From: Candidatus Parcubacteria bacterium
Lineage (GTDB): Bacteria > Patescibacteriota > Minisyncoccia > UBA6257 > HR35
NCBI GenBank assembly: GCA_025999335.1
Contig: AP024681.1
Span: forward strand, 3,414-67,413
DNA: 64,000 nt
Direction of reading: 5' to 3'
The position numbers were made by a program, and so were the translations under genes. Positions 18,770 to 28,382 of this stretch are shown here, in pieces. The notes beneath the pieces are model-generated. The model made no database searches and was not told the origin of the DNA. It saw nothing but the letters and a program-made list of their open reading frames with translations. How positions within the stretch are numbered: the first letter of the stretch is position 1; every line of letters begins with the position of its first letter.

Positions 18770-19480
18770 TTATTTTTTATTATTAAAAGGATAAACAAAT
18801 AAATCTTTATTATACAATTTCTTTAAAACATCGCCTTTTAACTCTTTAGCAGGCAAATCGCATATCATACGATGATTTAAGCATAAAACATGAGAAGCAA
18901 AATTATCAATTAATGATAATTCATGGGTAACAATTAAAATGGTAATATTTTTCTCTTGATTCAGTTTTTTAAGAACAACATAAAATTCTTCCTGGCCTGA
19001 TATATCTGTTTCTGAAATGGGTTCATCAAGAATGAGTATTTTAGGATTATTTAATAATGATCTTGCAAATAAAACTCTTTCTAATTGACCGCCTGATAGT
19101 TGATTTAATTTTTTGTCATATAAGTGAGCAATACTAACATATTTATTAACATCATCGATTTTGTCATTAAAATTTTTATCATCAATAATACTAAGATATA
19201 AAAATTCTTTTACAGTTATCGGCAAAAAATTATCAACGGTATATACTTGAGGAACATAACCTATTGAACTTAACATTGATTTATGTTCACCATCTAAAAT
19301 TTTAATTTCACCTTGATAAGGCAATAAACCAATAATTGTTTTTAATAAAGTTGTCTTACCAGCGCCGTTTGGTCCTATAATAACCGTAATCGAACCTTCT
19401 TTAATTTTAAAATTAAGATTTTGAATAATAGGATTATTTACTAGTCTAACTGTTAAATTTTTTACTTCTAAAGCTATCAT
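18770..19480 (-). CDS. Metal ABC transporter ATP-binding protein
   Basis: Walker A GPNGAGKTT, signature LSGGQLERV, Walker B ILILDEP. Confidence 0.75.
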   Translation of the reverse strand: MIALEVKNLTVRLVNNPIIQNLNFKIKEGSITVIIGPNGAGKTTLLKTIIGLLPYQGEIKILDGEHKSMLSSIGYVPQVYTVDNFLPITVKEFLYLSIIDDKNFNDKIDDVNKYVSIAHLYDKKLNQLSGGQLERVLFARSLLNNPKILILDEPISETDISGQEEFYVVLKKLNQEKNITILIVTHELSLIDNFASHVLCLNHRMICDLPAKELKGDVLKKLYNKDLFVYPFNNKK

Positions 19481-19493
19481 AATAAATAATTTT

Positions 19494-20384
19494 TTATTCT
19501 AAAGCTTGTTTTAATATATTTATATTATATAAATAGGCATCGAAATAATCAACTTGACGAAAACCTTCTAGAGGATCTAACTCATAAACCTTTAAATTAA
19601 AATTATTAGCAAAAGATAAAATATCATTGTTAATGCTACCATAATCTTTAAAAATTACTTTTATTTTAAATTTATGAATAGCATTAATTAAATTTTGAAT
19701 ATTAGCAAGCGTAGATTCTTTATTCTCCTCTTGAAAAGTAGCAACAATTTCCAAATTTAAATCTTTAGCAAAATAGCGAAAAGATTGATGTTCAGTAATT
19801 ATTTTTCGCTGTTTAATATTTTTTAATTTATCATCAGCAATTTTTTTTATCTCAGCTATTTTTTGTAAAGCTTTATTTAAATTAGCAGTATAATAATCTT
19901 GATTATTTTTATCAATATTCACAACGTTTATATATATATTTTTAAGTATCGCCTCGGCATTAGTAAGTGATAACCAATAATGAGGATCATCTTTAATGAC
20001 AAAAGTTAATTGAGTATTCAAGGGTATAAAATTAACACTATTATTTGAAGGTATTTTCTTTATATTTTCAATCCAATGATCAATGGCTGTTCCTGAATAA
20101 AATATTATTTTAGCCTTTTGAATATTGCTAATGTCTTGAATGCTTAATTCGTAATTATGAGGTTCGTAGCCAGGAGGAACTAAAAGAATAGTTTTTAATT
20201 TATCACCAATAATTTCTTTACCCAAAGAATATAAAGGATAAATAGAAAAACCAACAATTATTGTTTCTGATTCATTGTTAAACGATGCGTTATATTGAGT
20301 AGCTAAATAGATTAAAAAAATTGACAAAAAAGCTAATAAAACAATGCTAACTAAATATAAATAACGTAAATTTTGAAAAAACAT
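19494..20384 (-). CDS. Metal ABC transporter substrate-binding protein (TroA/ZnuA-like)
   Basis: N-terminal TM/signal anchor, VPPGYEPHNYELSIQDI and FYSGTAIDHW motifs typical of cluster-9 SBPs. Confidence 0.6.
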   Translation of the reverse strand: MFFQNLRYLYLVSIVLLAFLSIFLIYLATQYNASFNNESETIIVGFSIYPLYSLGKEIIGDKLKTILLVPPGYEPHNYELSIQDISNIQKAKIIFYSGTAIDHWIENIKKIPSNNSVNFIPLNTQLTFVIKDDPHYWLSLTNAEAILKNIYINVVNIDKNNQDYYTANLNKALQKIAEIKKIADDKLKNIKQRKIITEHQSFRYFAKDLNLEIVATFQEENKESTLANIQNLINAIHKFKIKVIFKDYGSINNDILSFANNFNLKVYELDPLEGFRQVDYFDAYLYNINILKQALE

Positions 20385-20405
20385 AGTTAAGGATAAATTA
20401 AATAC

Positions 20406-21407
20406 TTACTTAAGATATTTTTCTATATTTTTTTTATGTTCAGCGTACGACTTAGAAAAAATAGCCTTGCCGTCTTTAGTAGTTAAATAAAAGAAATAAT
20501 CTGAAATTAAAGGTTGGTTAACAGCTTCAATGGCAATTAATCCCGGATTAGAAATTGGTTGAGGTGTTAAACCTGTTTTTTTGCGAGTATTAAAATCACT
20601 ATCCTTTAGCAAATCTTCTTTAGAAAGCGTTGCGGTGCAAAAAGTATATTGACATTTTTCGTAAACTATCGGCGCATCAGCTTCTAACTTATAATTATTC
20701 TTCAGTCTTTTTATCAAAATACCTGCTATAGGAGCAAAATCTTCTTTAATTTTTGCTTCTTTTTCAACAATCGACGCTAAAATCAATCTTTCATATAAAG
20801 AAAAATCGTTACCTTTTAATAATACAGGAAAAGCTTTTTTCATAAAATTATTTAAGATTGCGGTAATAATTTTTTTTTCATTATCAGATGGTAAAAATTC
20901 GTAGGAATCAGGCATTAAGAAACCTTCTAAAGTCGCCGTTGCTGGAAAATAGTCAGTAATTTTAGTTTGGCTAAAATCATTTAAAGTATATTTAGCAAAA
21001 TTAACTTTAAAATTGTTTTTACTAAATAAAGATTGAATTTCACGTAAAGTCATACCTTCAGTAATAGTAATTTTTATCCCCTTACCACCTTTTTCTAATA
21101 AATTAACAACATCAATCAAATTATAAGAACCATGAAACTCGTAAATACCAGCTCGAATAGTAGATTTTTTTAAAAAAATAACAAATCTGAAATAAAATGA
21201 CGATCTTATAATTCCATCTTTCTCTAATTGATGACCCAAGGTAACAACTTTAATATTATTAGGCACGATAACTGTTTTAATATCGCCAATAAAAACAGGA
21301 GCAAAAACAGAATAAATAAAATGAATAAATATAAATGATAAAATAAACAACAAAAAAATAATCGGATAAAGTCTAAAAATTTTATTAATTAAAGCTTCGG
21401 TAGCCAT
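20406..21407 (-). CDS. mltG: Endolytic murein transglycosylase MltG (YceG-like)
   Basis: N-terminal TM anchor followed by YceG-like domain (GIKITITEGMTLREI...). Confidence 0.6.
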   Translation of the reverse strand: MATEALINKIFRLYPIIFLLFILSFIFIHFIYSVFAPVFIGDIKTVIVPNNIKVVTLGHQLEKDGIIRSSFYFRFVIFLKKSTIRAGIYEFHGSYNLIDVVNLLEKGGKGIKITITEGMTLREIQSLFSKNNFKVNFAKYTLNDFSQTKITDYFPATATLEGFLMPDSYEFLPSDNEKKIITAILNNFMKKAFPVLLKGNDFSLYERLILASIVEKEAKIKEDFAPIAGILIKRLKNNYKLEADAPIVYEKCQYTFCTATLSKEDLLKDSDFNTRKKTGLTPQPISNPGLIAIEAVNQPLISDYFFYLTTKDGKAIFSKSYAEHKKNIEKYLK

Positions 21408-21513
21408 TATTTATTTATTTCGCATTATTATTAGGATATGATAAAATTATACATTATTTTTACTAAATATTGAATAAAACTTATTTTCTTTAATATATAT
21501 TTTTAATCACAAA

Positions 21514-23442
21514 ATGGATTATTTTAAATTATTTTCGGATTTTAAACCGACTGGAGATCAACCTGAAGCTATAAAAAAGCTGGTTTTTGGCTTAAATAAA
21601 AAATATAAATATCAAACTCTTCTTGGCGTTACAGGAAGCGGCAAAACTTACACAATGGCTTCTGTTATTGAAAAAAGTCAACGACCAGCCCTTATATTAT
21701 CACCAAATAAAATTTTGGCAGCTCAATTATATCAGGAATTTAAATCTTTCTTTAAAGAAAATTCTGTTCACTATTTTGTTAGTTATTATGATTATTATCG
21801 CCCCGAAGCTTATTTACCCGAATCTGATACTTATATATCTAAAGATGCTCGAATTAATGATATTTTAGACCAATTAAGACACGCAACTATTCAAAGTATC
21901 TTAAACAAAGAAAAATTTATCATTGTTTCTTCAATATCTTGTATTTATGGAATTGGCGATCCTGAAGAATATAAAAACATTTGTTTAGAAATTTACATAG
22001 GCAAAAAAATAACTCTTCAATCATTAATAGATTATTTGAATACTCTTCAATACCAAAAAACTAATTTTAATGAAATCAAAACTAGCTCTTATGCTATTCA
22101 GCAAGATAATAAAATAAAAAAAATATTTATTAGCAATCCAGATGGATCTTATATCTTAGAATTAATCCATAACAAGAATACAATTGAAAAAATTAATAAA
22201 TATATTATTAAGTTAAACAAACAAGACATAACAATTGACCAAATCATTGCTTCTAAAGCTTATAACCTTGAAAGAATTAAAATTTTTCCAGCAAAATTTT
22301 TTGTTACTCCTAAAGAAAAACTATCTTTGGCAATTTTGAACATCAAACAAGAATTAAAAGAACGATATTGGCAATTATTAGGCGAAGGTAGAATAGTTGA
22401 AGCTGAAAGATTAAAACAAAGAACTTTACTAGATTTAGAAATGTTAGAAAAAAATGGTTATTGTAATGGAATAGAAAATTATTCCCGGCATTTATCTTTT
22501 CGTCAACCAGGTGAACCTCCTTACACTCTTCTCAATTTTTTACCTGAAGAAACAATTATTTTTATAGACGAATCCCATTTATCAATACCTCAATTACGCG
22601 CTATGTCTATAGGCGATAGAAAAAGAAAAGAAACTTTAGTCGCCTATGGATGGAGACTGCCTTCAGCTATTGACAATAGACCTTTAACATTTAATGAATT
22701 TTTTAATCATAATTTTCAAATGATTTTTGTCTCAGCAACGCCTGGACCTTTTGAAACAAAAATATCGCAACAAATCGTTGAACAATTAATTAGACCAACT
22801 GGAATTGTTGATCCTGAAATTCAAATCAAGCCTACTCAAAATCAAATATTAGACTTATTAACAGAAATTCAAGAGAGAATTAAAAATAATCAGAGAATTT
22901 TAGTTTTAACCTTAACTAAACAATCAGCGGAAAATTTAACTGAATTCTTATTGAAAAATAATATTAAAGCCCATTATTTACATTCTGATATCAAAACATT
23001 AGAAAGAATAGAAATTATTAAAAATTTAAGAATGGGCAATATTGAAGTTTTAGTTGGTGTTAATTTATTAAGGGAAGGATTAGATTTACCCGAAGTATCT
23101 TTGGTTGCCATCTTAGATGCTGATCGAGAAGGATTTTTGCGAAACACCACAACTCTTATTCAAGCAATAGGTAGAAGCGCTCGTCATATAGCCGGCAAGG
23201 TTATTTTATATGCCGATAAAATTACTAAATCTATTGAAAAAGCTATCAAAGAAACAAATAGACGTCGCGATTATCAAATTAAATTTAATCTTAATAATAA
23301 TATCGTTCCCAAACAAATTATTAAAGATGTCAATGTTTTAAATGTAAATGTGTTTAACAATTACAAAAAAGAAGTCTTTGTTAAAGAAGAATTAGAAATT
23401 TTTATTAAAGAAGAATTATCTCAATTAAATGAAGAGGTTTAA
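21514..23442 (+). CDS. uvrB: Excinuclease ABC subunit B
   Basis: N-terminus FKLFSDFKPTGDQPEAIKKL, Walker A GVTGSGKT, helicase motifs, DADREGFLR. Confidence 0.9.
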   Translation: MDYFKLFSDFKPTGDQPEAIKKLVFGLNKKYKYQTLLGVTGSGKTYTMASVIEKSQRPALILSPNKILAAQLYQEFKSFFKENSVHYFVSYYDYYRPEAYLPESDTYISKDARINDILDQLRHATIQSILNKEKFIIVSSISCIYGIGDPEEYKNICLEIYIGKKITLQSLIDYLNTLQYQKTNFNEIKTSSYAIQQDNKIKKIFISNPDGSYILELIHNKNTIEKINKYIIKLNKQDITIDQIIASKAYNLERIKIFPAKFFVTPKEKLSLAILNIKQELKERYWQLLGEGRIVEAERLKQRTLLDLEMLEKNGYCNGIENYSRHLSFRQPGEPPYTLLNFLPEETIIFIDESHLSIPQLRAMSIGDRKRKETLVAYGWRLPSAIDNRPLTFNEFFNHNFQMIFVSATPGPFETKISQQIVEQLIRPTGIVDPEIQIKPTQNQILDLLTEIQERIKNNQRILVLTLTKQSAENLTEFLLKNNIKAHYLHSDIKTLERIEIIKNLRMGNIEVLVGVNLLREGLDLPEVSLVAILDADREGFLRNTTTLIQAIGRSARHIAGKVILYADKITKSIEKAIKETNRRRDYQIKFNLNNNIVPKQIIKDVNVLNVNVFNNYKKEVFVKEELEIFIKEELSQLNEEV

Positions 23443-23469
23443 ATTCACCTTCTTTGATATAATTAAAGT

Positions 23470-23994
23470 ATGGCTAAAAAAGGCGTTTTATTGAAAACTT
23501 ATTACAAAATTATTCTTTTATGCATAGTTTTTCTAATTATTTTTATTGGCTCGATCATTATTATTTATTTTTACTATCAAACAATCATAACCAAAACAGA
23601 TAAAATTTATAATTTAAAAGAACAAATTGAACAAGTTAAAATTAATATTAATCAAAAAAAAGAACTAAAAAAAATTAATGAGCATTTCGAAGCAACAGCT
23701 GGAAAATCATTAATGTCCATACTCAGTAATATTGATCTAAAAGAAAAACGAACTTATAATGAAATTAACGAACTGCTAATCAATTTTATTAATGCAAATA
23801 AATGGCAAGTTATTACTTATGATGTTAATCCCAATGCTAAAACAACAATGATATCCATAGTTATTCCTTCAGAAGAAGGCGCAAAACAGTTATGGCAATT
23901 TCTTAAAAGAGAATTAATAATCTTTTATTTGACTAATTTTAAAGTTATTAAACAAGATAATAATTATTTAGTTAATATTGTCTTTAAACTTTAA
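23470..23994 (+). CDS. hypothetical membrane-anchored protein (N-terminal TM, coiled coil)
   Basis: ORF with a single N-terminal TM helix; no assignable domain. Confidence 0.35.
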   Translation: MAKKGVLLKTYYKIILLCIVFLIIFIGSIIIIYFYYQTIITKTDKIYNLKEQIEQVKININQKKELKKINEHFEATAGKSLMSILSNIDLKEKRTYNEINELLINFINANKWQVITYDVNPNAKTTMISIVIPSEEGAKQLWQFLKRELIIFYLTNFKVIKQDNNYLVNIVFKL

Positions 23995-24000
23995 TTTACT

Positions 24001-24207
24001 ATGAAAAAAATTCGTCTTCTTATAGCTACTATTTATATCGTCTTGCTCTTAATCATAACTTTAACTGATAGTTTTTTCATAATTAAAAGCGTGATTAACG
24101 GCAGTAATAAATATTTTAAGAAAGTAGAATTGCAATCAATGCCCTCGCTTTCTAATGGAGAAATAAATCAAACGATAAATTTACTTAAATATTTTAATCA
24201 GCTATAA
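24001..24207 (+). CDS. hypothetical small membrane protein
   Basis: 68-aa ORF with an N-terminal hydrophobic helix, 6 nt after the preceding ORF. Confidence 0.3.
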   Translation: MKKIRLLIATIYIVLLLIITLTDSFFIIKSVINGSNKYFKKVELQSMPSLSNGEINQTINLLKYFNQL

Positions 24208-24257
24208 ATAATTTAAACGAAGTATGCTATAATAATATTAATATAATATTATATATT

Positions 24258-24330
24258 GCCCCCTTAGCTCAATTGGAAGAGCGGCTCCCTTCTAAGGAGT
24301 AGGTTGGAGGTTCGAATCCTCCAGGGGGCG
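24258..24330 (+). tRNA. tRNA-Arg (anticodon TCT)
   Basis: Acceptor GCCCCCT/AGGGGGC, D-stem GCTC/GAGC, anticodon loop CTTCTAA, T-arm GGAGG-TTCGAAT-CCTCC, discriminator G. Confidence 0.85.
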
Positions 24331-24423
24331 CTATATGTGTTTGTAATTTTCATAAATTATATTGATTAAGTATTCATTTATTTATAAATTTTATTTATTA
24401 GCAAACCAACTTTTAATTTTCTA

Positions 24424-25920
24424 ATGGAAGAATTAATCCCTAAAATAGGCTTAGAAATTCACCTTGAACTAGAGACAAAATCGAAACTTTTCTGCAATTG
24501 TCCCAATCCTATTTATGGTAATAAAGATATTACCGAGTTAACTCCCAATTCTTTTATTTGCTCAATTTGCGTTGGACAACCAGGTGTATTGCCTGTTGTC
24601 AATAAACAAGCAGTTGTTTATGCTTATTCTTTAGCTAAAGTACTGAAAATGACAATTAATAACAAAAGCATTTTTGCTCGCAAACACTACTTTTATCCTG
24701 ATTTACCTAAAGGCTATCAAATTTCTCAATATGAATTACCATTAGCTATCAATGGCGAAGTTATTTTATTCAACAATAATCTTCATAAAAAAATAAAAAT
24801 AAGAAGGTTGCACATTGAGGAAGATACGGCTAAAACTATCCATTATGATAAATACAGTCTTATAGATTTTAATCGTAGCGGCATACCTTTAATAGAAATT
24901 GTTACCGAGCCTGATTTCAATTCTGTCGATGAGGTTGTTTTATTTGCTGAAGATTTTGTTCTATTAATAAGACATCTTGGCATATCTTCAGCTGATTTAG
25001 AAAAAGGCCAAATACGTTTTGAAGCTAATATTTCTTTAGGCAAAGGTCAAGCTTTAGGTACAAAAGTTGAAATAAAAAATATAGGATCAATCCAATCATT
25101 AAAAGATGCCGTAATTTATGAAATTAATCGACAAAAAGAGCTTATTTCAAATAATAAAATAATTATTCAAGAAACGCGCGGTTTTGATGAAATAAAAAGA
25201 GTAACTTTCTCTCAAAGAATAAAAGAAGAAGCAGAAGATTATCGTTATTTTCCAGAACCAGATTTACCGCCTTTAGTTATTGACGAAGAAATCGTTAAAG
25301 AATCTTTATCTATCGAAACGCCCTGGGATAAAAAAATCAGATTTAACCAAGAATATGAATTAAATATTAATATTTGCGAAATACTCGTCAAAGATAAAAT
25401 TTTAAGTCATTTTTTTGAAGAAAGTTTTTCAGAGCTATATAAATTAACTAATAATAAAGAAAAAACAAAAGAGTTAATAACTAACTTTCTTGTTAACGAT
25501 ATCATAGGATTTATAGAAAAAAAATTTAAAACTGACAATAAAAATACAAGACAAATTGATTTAGAAAAATTTATTAAACCTCACGAATTTGCTCATTTAT
25601 TATTTAATTTTCTTCAAGGTAAAATATCTTCAAAGATTGTTAAAGAAGCTTTAGAAAAATCTATCGGTGGCGAATTGCAAATAGAAGAATTTATTAAAGC
25701 TAGGGAAAAAATAAGCGATATTGAAATCTTAAATACAGTTATTGATGATATTATTAAAGAAAATAATAAAACTGTCAATGAATATTTAAACGGCAACCAA
25801 AAGTCGTTTGAATTTTTGATTGGTCAAATTATGAAAAAAACTCAAGGAAGAGCTGATCCAATTTTAATAAGAAATATTTTAAAAGATAAACTTAATGACA
25901 TAGAAAAAGTGAAAAAATAA
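24424..25920 (+). CDS. gatB: Aspartyl/glutamyl-tRNA amidotransferase subunit B
   Basis: MEELIPKIGLEIHLELETKSKLFCNCP N-terminus, central GatB catalytic region, C-terminal YqeY-like domain. Confidence 0.9.
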   Translation: MEELIPKIGLEIHLELETKSKLFCNCPNPIYGNKDITELTPNSFICSICVGQPGVLPVVNKQAVVYAYSLAKVLKMTINNKSIFARKHYFYPDLPKGYQISQYELPLAINGEVILFNNNLHKKIKIRRLHIEEDTAKTIHYDKYSLIDFNRSGIPLIEIVTEPDFNSVDEVVLFAEDFVLLIRHLGISSADLEKGQIRFEANISLGKGQALGTKVEIKNIGSIQSLKDAVIYEINRQKELISNNKIIIQETRGFDEIKRVTFSQRIKEEAEDYRYFPEPDLPPLVIDEEIVKESLSIETPWDKKIRFNQEYELNINICEILVKDKILSHFFEESFSELYKLTNNKEKTKELITNFLVNDIIGFIEKKFKTDNKNTRQIDLEKFIKPHEFAHLLFNFLQGKISSKIVKEALEKSIGGELQIEEFIKAREKISDIEILNTVIDDIIKENNKTVNEYLNGNQKSFEFLIGQIMKKTQGRADPILIRNILKDKLNDIEKVKK

Positions 25921-25941
25921 TAAGTTTTTTAGTTTATAGCG

Positions 25942-26727
25942 ATGGAGCAACAAGATATTAAAAGTATTATTTTAAATATTTATGCCGGCGTTGGCGGTAA
26001 GGATGCTGAAGATTGGGTAGGAATGTTAAAAAGAATGTACGAAAAATTTTTTCAAAGAGTAAAATTTAAATATTTTCTTGTCGATGAAAGCAAAAATGAA
26101 TTTAATGGTTACAAATATGTAAGCTTACAAGTAATTGACAATAATGCTTACAATCTTTTGAAAGATGAAAAAGGTGTTCACCGATTAGTGCGCATTTCTC
26201 CTTTCTCAGCAAAAAAATTGCGTCACACAAGTTTCGCTTATGTTGAAGTTCTACCTCTAATAGAAAAACCGAAATTCGTACTTAATAATAATGACATCGT
26301 TGTTCAAACATATCGAGCTGGTGGTAAAGGCGGACAAAATGTCAATAAAGTAGAAACAGCAGTGCGTCTTATATACAAACCCCTTAATTTAGTAGTTTCT
26401 TGTCAGAATGAAAGATCTCAATTTAAAAATAAAGAATTAGCGTTAAAAATACTCTATTCTAAAATTGTTGATATTTTAAATGAAAAACATAAAAATAAAA
26501 TTGACGAGCTAAAAGGCGCAAAAATAGAAATTGGCTGGGGTAATCAAACAAGATCTTATATTTTAGATCCTTACAAATTAGTCAAAGATTTAAAACATAA
26601 TAAAGAAACGAATAAAGTTAATGATGTTTTAGATGGTTATCTAGAATTAATCAATCCAACCATTGAGACATTTATTAATCAATTTAAAACTAAACAACAA
26701 AATTATTCGACGCACTACATTGGATAG
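25942..26727 (+). CDS. prfB: Peptide chain release factor 2 homolog lacking N-terminal domain 1
   Basis: SPF stop-codon recognition tripeptide ([16 protein letters not shown]), GGQ motif ([19 protein letters not shown]); starts at the equivalent of E. coli RF2 residue ~115 ([13 protein letters not shown]...); no upstream frameshift ORF. Confidence 0.7.
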   Translation: MEQQDIKSIILNIYAGVGGKDAEDWVGMLKRMYEKFFQRVKFKYFLVDESKNEFNGYKYVSLQVIDNNAYNLLKDEKGVHRLVRISPFSAKKLRHTSFAYVEVLPLIEKPKFVLNNNDIVVQTYRAGGKGGQNVNKVETAVRLIYKPLNLVVSCQNERSQFKNKELALKILYSKIVDILNEKHKNKIDELKGAKIEIGWGNQTRSYILDPYKLVKDLKHNKETNKVNDVLDGYLELINPTIETFINQFKTKQQNYSTHYIG

Positions 26728-26760
26728 GTCGTTATGAATAAAATATGTTACAATAATTAA

Positions 26761-27447
26761 ATGATAATTTTTAAAAATATTTCTAAAATTTATGGAGAAA
26801 ATACTGTTGCTTTAGATAATATTAGCTTTGAAATTAAAAGCGGAGAATTTGTTTTAATTATAGGCAAATCAGGAGCGGGGAAAACAACGGTCTTAAAAAT
26901 TTTAAGAAGAGAAGAAGAGCCTACAAAAGGTAATGTTTTTTATAAAAATAGAAATTTGCTAGAAATTCCCCATAGACGCCTTGGAGAAATTAGAAGAAAA
27001 ATAGCTATTATTCATCAAGATTTTAAACTACTTGAAAAGCGAACTGTTCTTGAAAACATAGCTTTACCCTTAGAGATTGCTAGTAAAATGTCGTTTAAGG
27101 ATATTAAAAATGAAGTAATTAAAATAGCTGAAAGACTTAGACTAAAAAGAAAATTAAATCAAATTGTCAAAACTTTATCAGGTGGCGAAAAACAAAAAGT
27201 TTGTTTAGCAAGATCTTTAATTATGAAACCTGAAGTTCTTTTAGCCGATGAACCAACGGGTAATTTAGATATTTTAGGAACTTTTGAAATTTTAGAAATT
27301 TTAAAAAATTTAAATAATGATGGTATTACAATTGTTTTAGCAACACATAATAAAGATATAGTCGAAACTTTAAAAACCAGAGTCTTAACCTTTAATAATG
27401 GTCGTTTAATAAAAGATGAAAATCCAGGCACTTTCAGTTTATTATAA
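26761..27447 (+). CDS. ftsE: Cell-division ABC ATPase FtsE
   Basis: Walker A GKSGAGKTT, signature LSGGEKQKV, Walker B LLADEP; followed by ftsX. Confidence 0.7.
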   Translation: MIIFKNISKIYGENTVALDNISFEIKSGEFVLIIGKSGAGKTTVLKILRREEEPTKGNVFYKNRNLLEIPHRRLGEIRRKIAIIHQDFKLLEKRTVLENIALPLEIASKMSFKDIKNEVIKIAERLRLKRKLNQIVKTLSGGEKQKVCLARSLIMKPEVLLADEPTGNLDILGTFEILEILKNLNNDGITIVLATHNKDIVETLKTRVLTFNNGRLIKDENPGTFSLL

Positions 27448-27457
27448 TCAGTAAGCA

Positions 27458-28366
27458 ATGATTCATTACTTAATCAAAACAACTAAAGCTGCTTATAATA
27501 TTTTTCGCCATGAAAAAATCATAACTATTGTTAATATAGGTATTACTATAGTTATTGCTTTTTTTCTTTGGTCATCAATATTAAGTTTTGAGTTTTTAAA
27601 TAAAACTATAGTTTTTTTAGAAGATAAATTAAATTTTTCCATTTATTTCAATAAAAATACGCCTCCTGAAGAAATCAATAAAATTCAAAGAATTTTAGAA
27701 AATTATAATGGAGTTACGGAAGTTACTTTAGTGACTCGCGAGATGGCGATAGAAAAATTCAAAAATCAAATAGCTGGAGAACCTATAATTTTAAAAGCTT
27801 TGCAAGAAGTAAATATTAATCCTTTAAATGATTACTTAATTGTTAAAGCTGATAATCCGGAAGTTTATGGACGCATTGCTGATTATTTACAATCAAGTCC
27901 TAATAAAAATTTTATTGAAAGCATTAATTATGCTGAAAATAGAAAAATAATAGATAAGATTGTCAATGTTTCTAAAAAATTTCAATTGATGTCAGTAACC
28001 ATAATTTCAATCATCGCTTTTCTGTCCTTATTAATTATTTTTAATACAACTCTTGTATCAATATATTCTCAAAAAGACTATATTGAAATTTTACGTCTTA
28101 TAGGAGCAGGGAATTGGTTTATTCGGCTACCTTTCTTAATAAATTCTTTTTTTGTTGTTTTAACTGGATATGTAATATTTTTTATATTATTTTGGATATT
28201 TTTATCACAAACATATTCATTTTGGTTACAATTAATGCCTAATTTTAATCCTAAAGCATTTATATGGAATAACATTGTATATTTAAATTTAAGCATTTTT
28301 TCAATTATTTTAATTATGAATTGGATCGGCAATTTTTTAGCTATAAGAAAATATCTTAAAATTTAA
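27458..28366 (+). CDS. ftsX: Cell-division permease-like protein FtsX
   Basis: N-terminal TM, extracellular domain, C-terminal three TM segments with FtsX topology; operonic with ftsE. Confidence 0.7.
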   Translation: MIHYLIKTTKAAYNIFRHEKIITIVNIGITIVIAFFLWSSILSFEFLNKTIVFLEDKLNFSIYFNKNTPPEEINKIQRILENYNGVTEVTLVTREMAIEKFKNQIAGEPIILKALQEVNINPLNDYLIVKADNPEVYGRIADYLQSSPNKNFIESINYAENRKIIDKIVNVSKKFQLMSVTIISIIAFLSLLIIFNTTLVSIYSQKDYIEILRLIGAGNWFIRLPFLINSFFVVLTGYVIFFILFWIFLSQTYSFWLQLMPNFNPKAFIWNNIVYLNLSIFSIILIMNWIGNFLAIRKYLKI

Positions 28367-28382
28367 AAAAATCTAAATTAAA

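Noticed and set aside
25900-25945. Programmed +1 frameshift site (CTT TGA) upstream of prfB
   Set aside because: Only 21 nt separate gatB and the RF2 ATG; no short leader ORF is present
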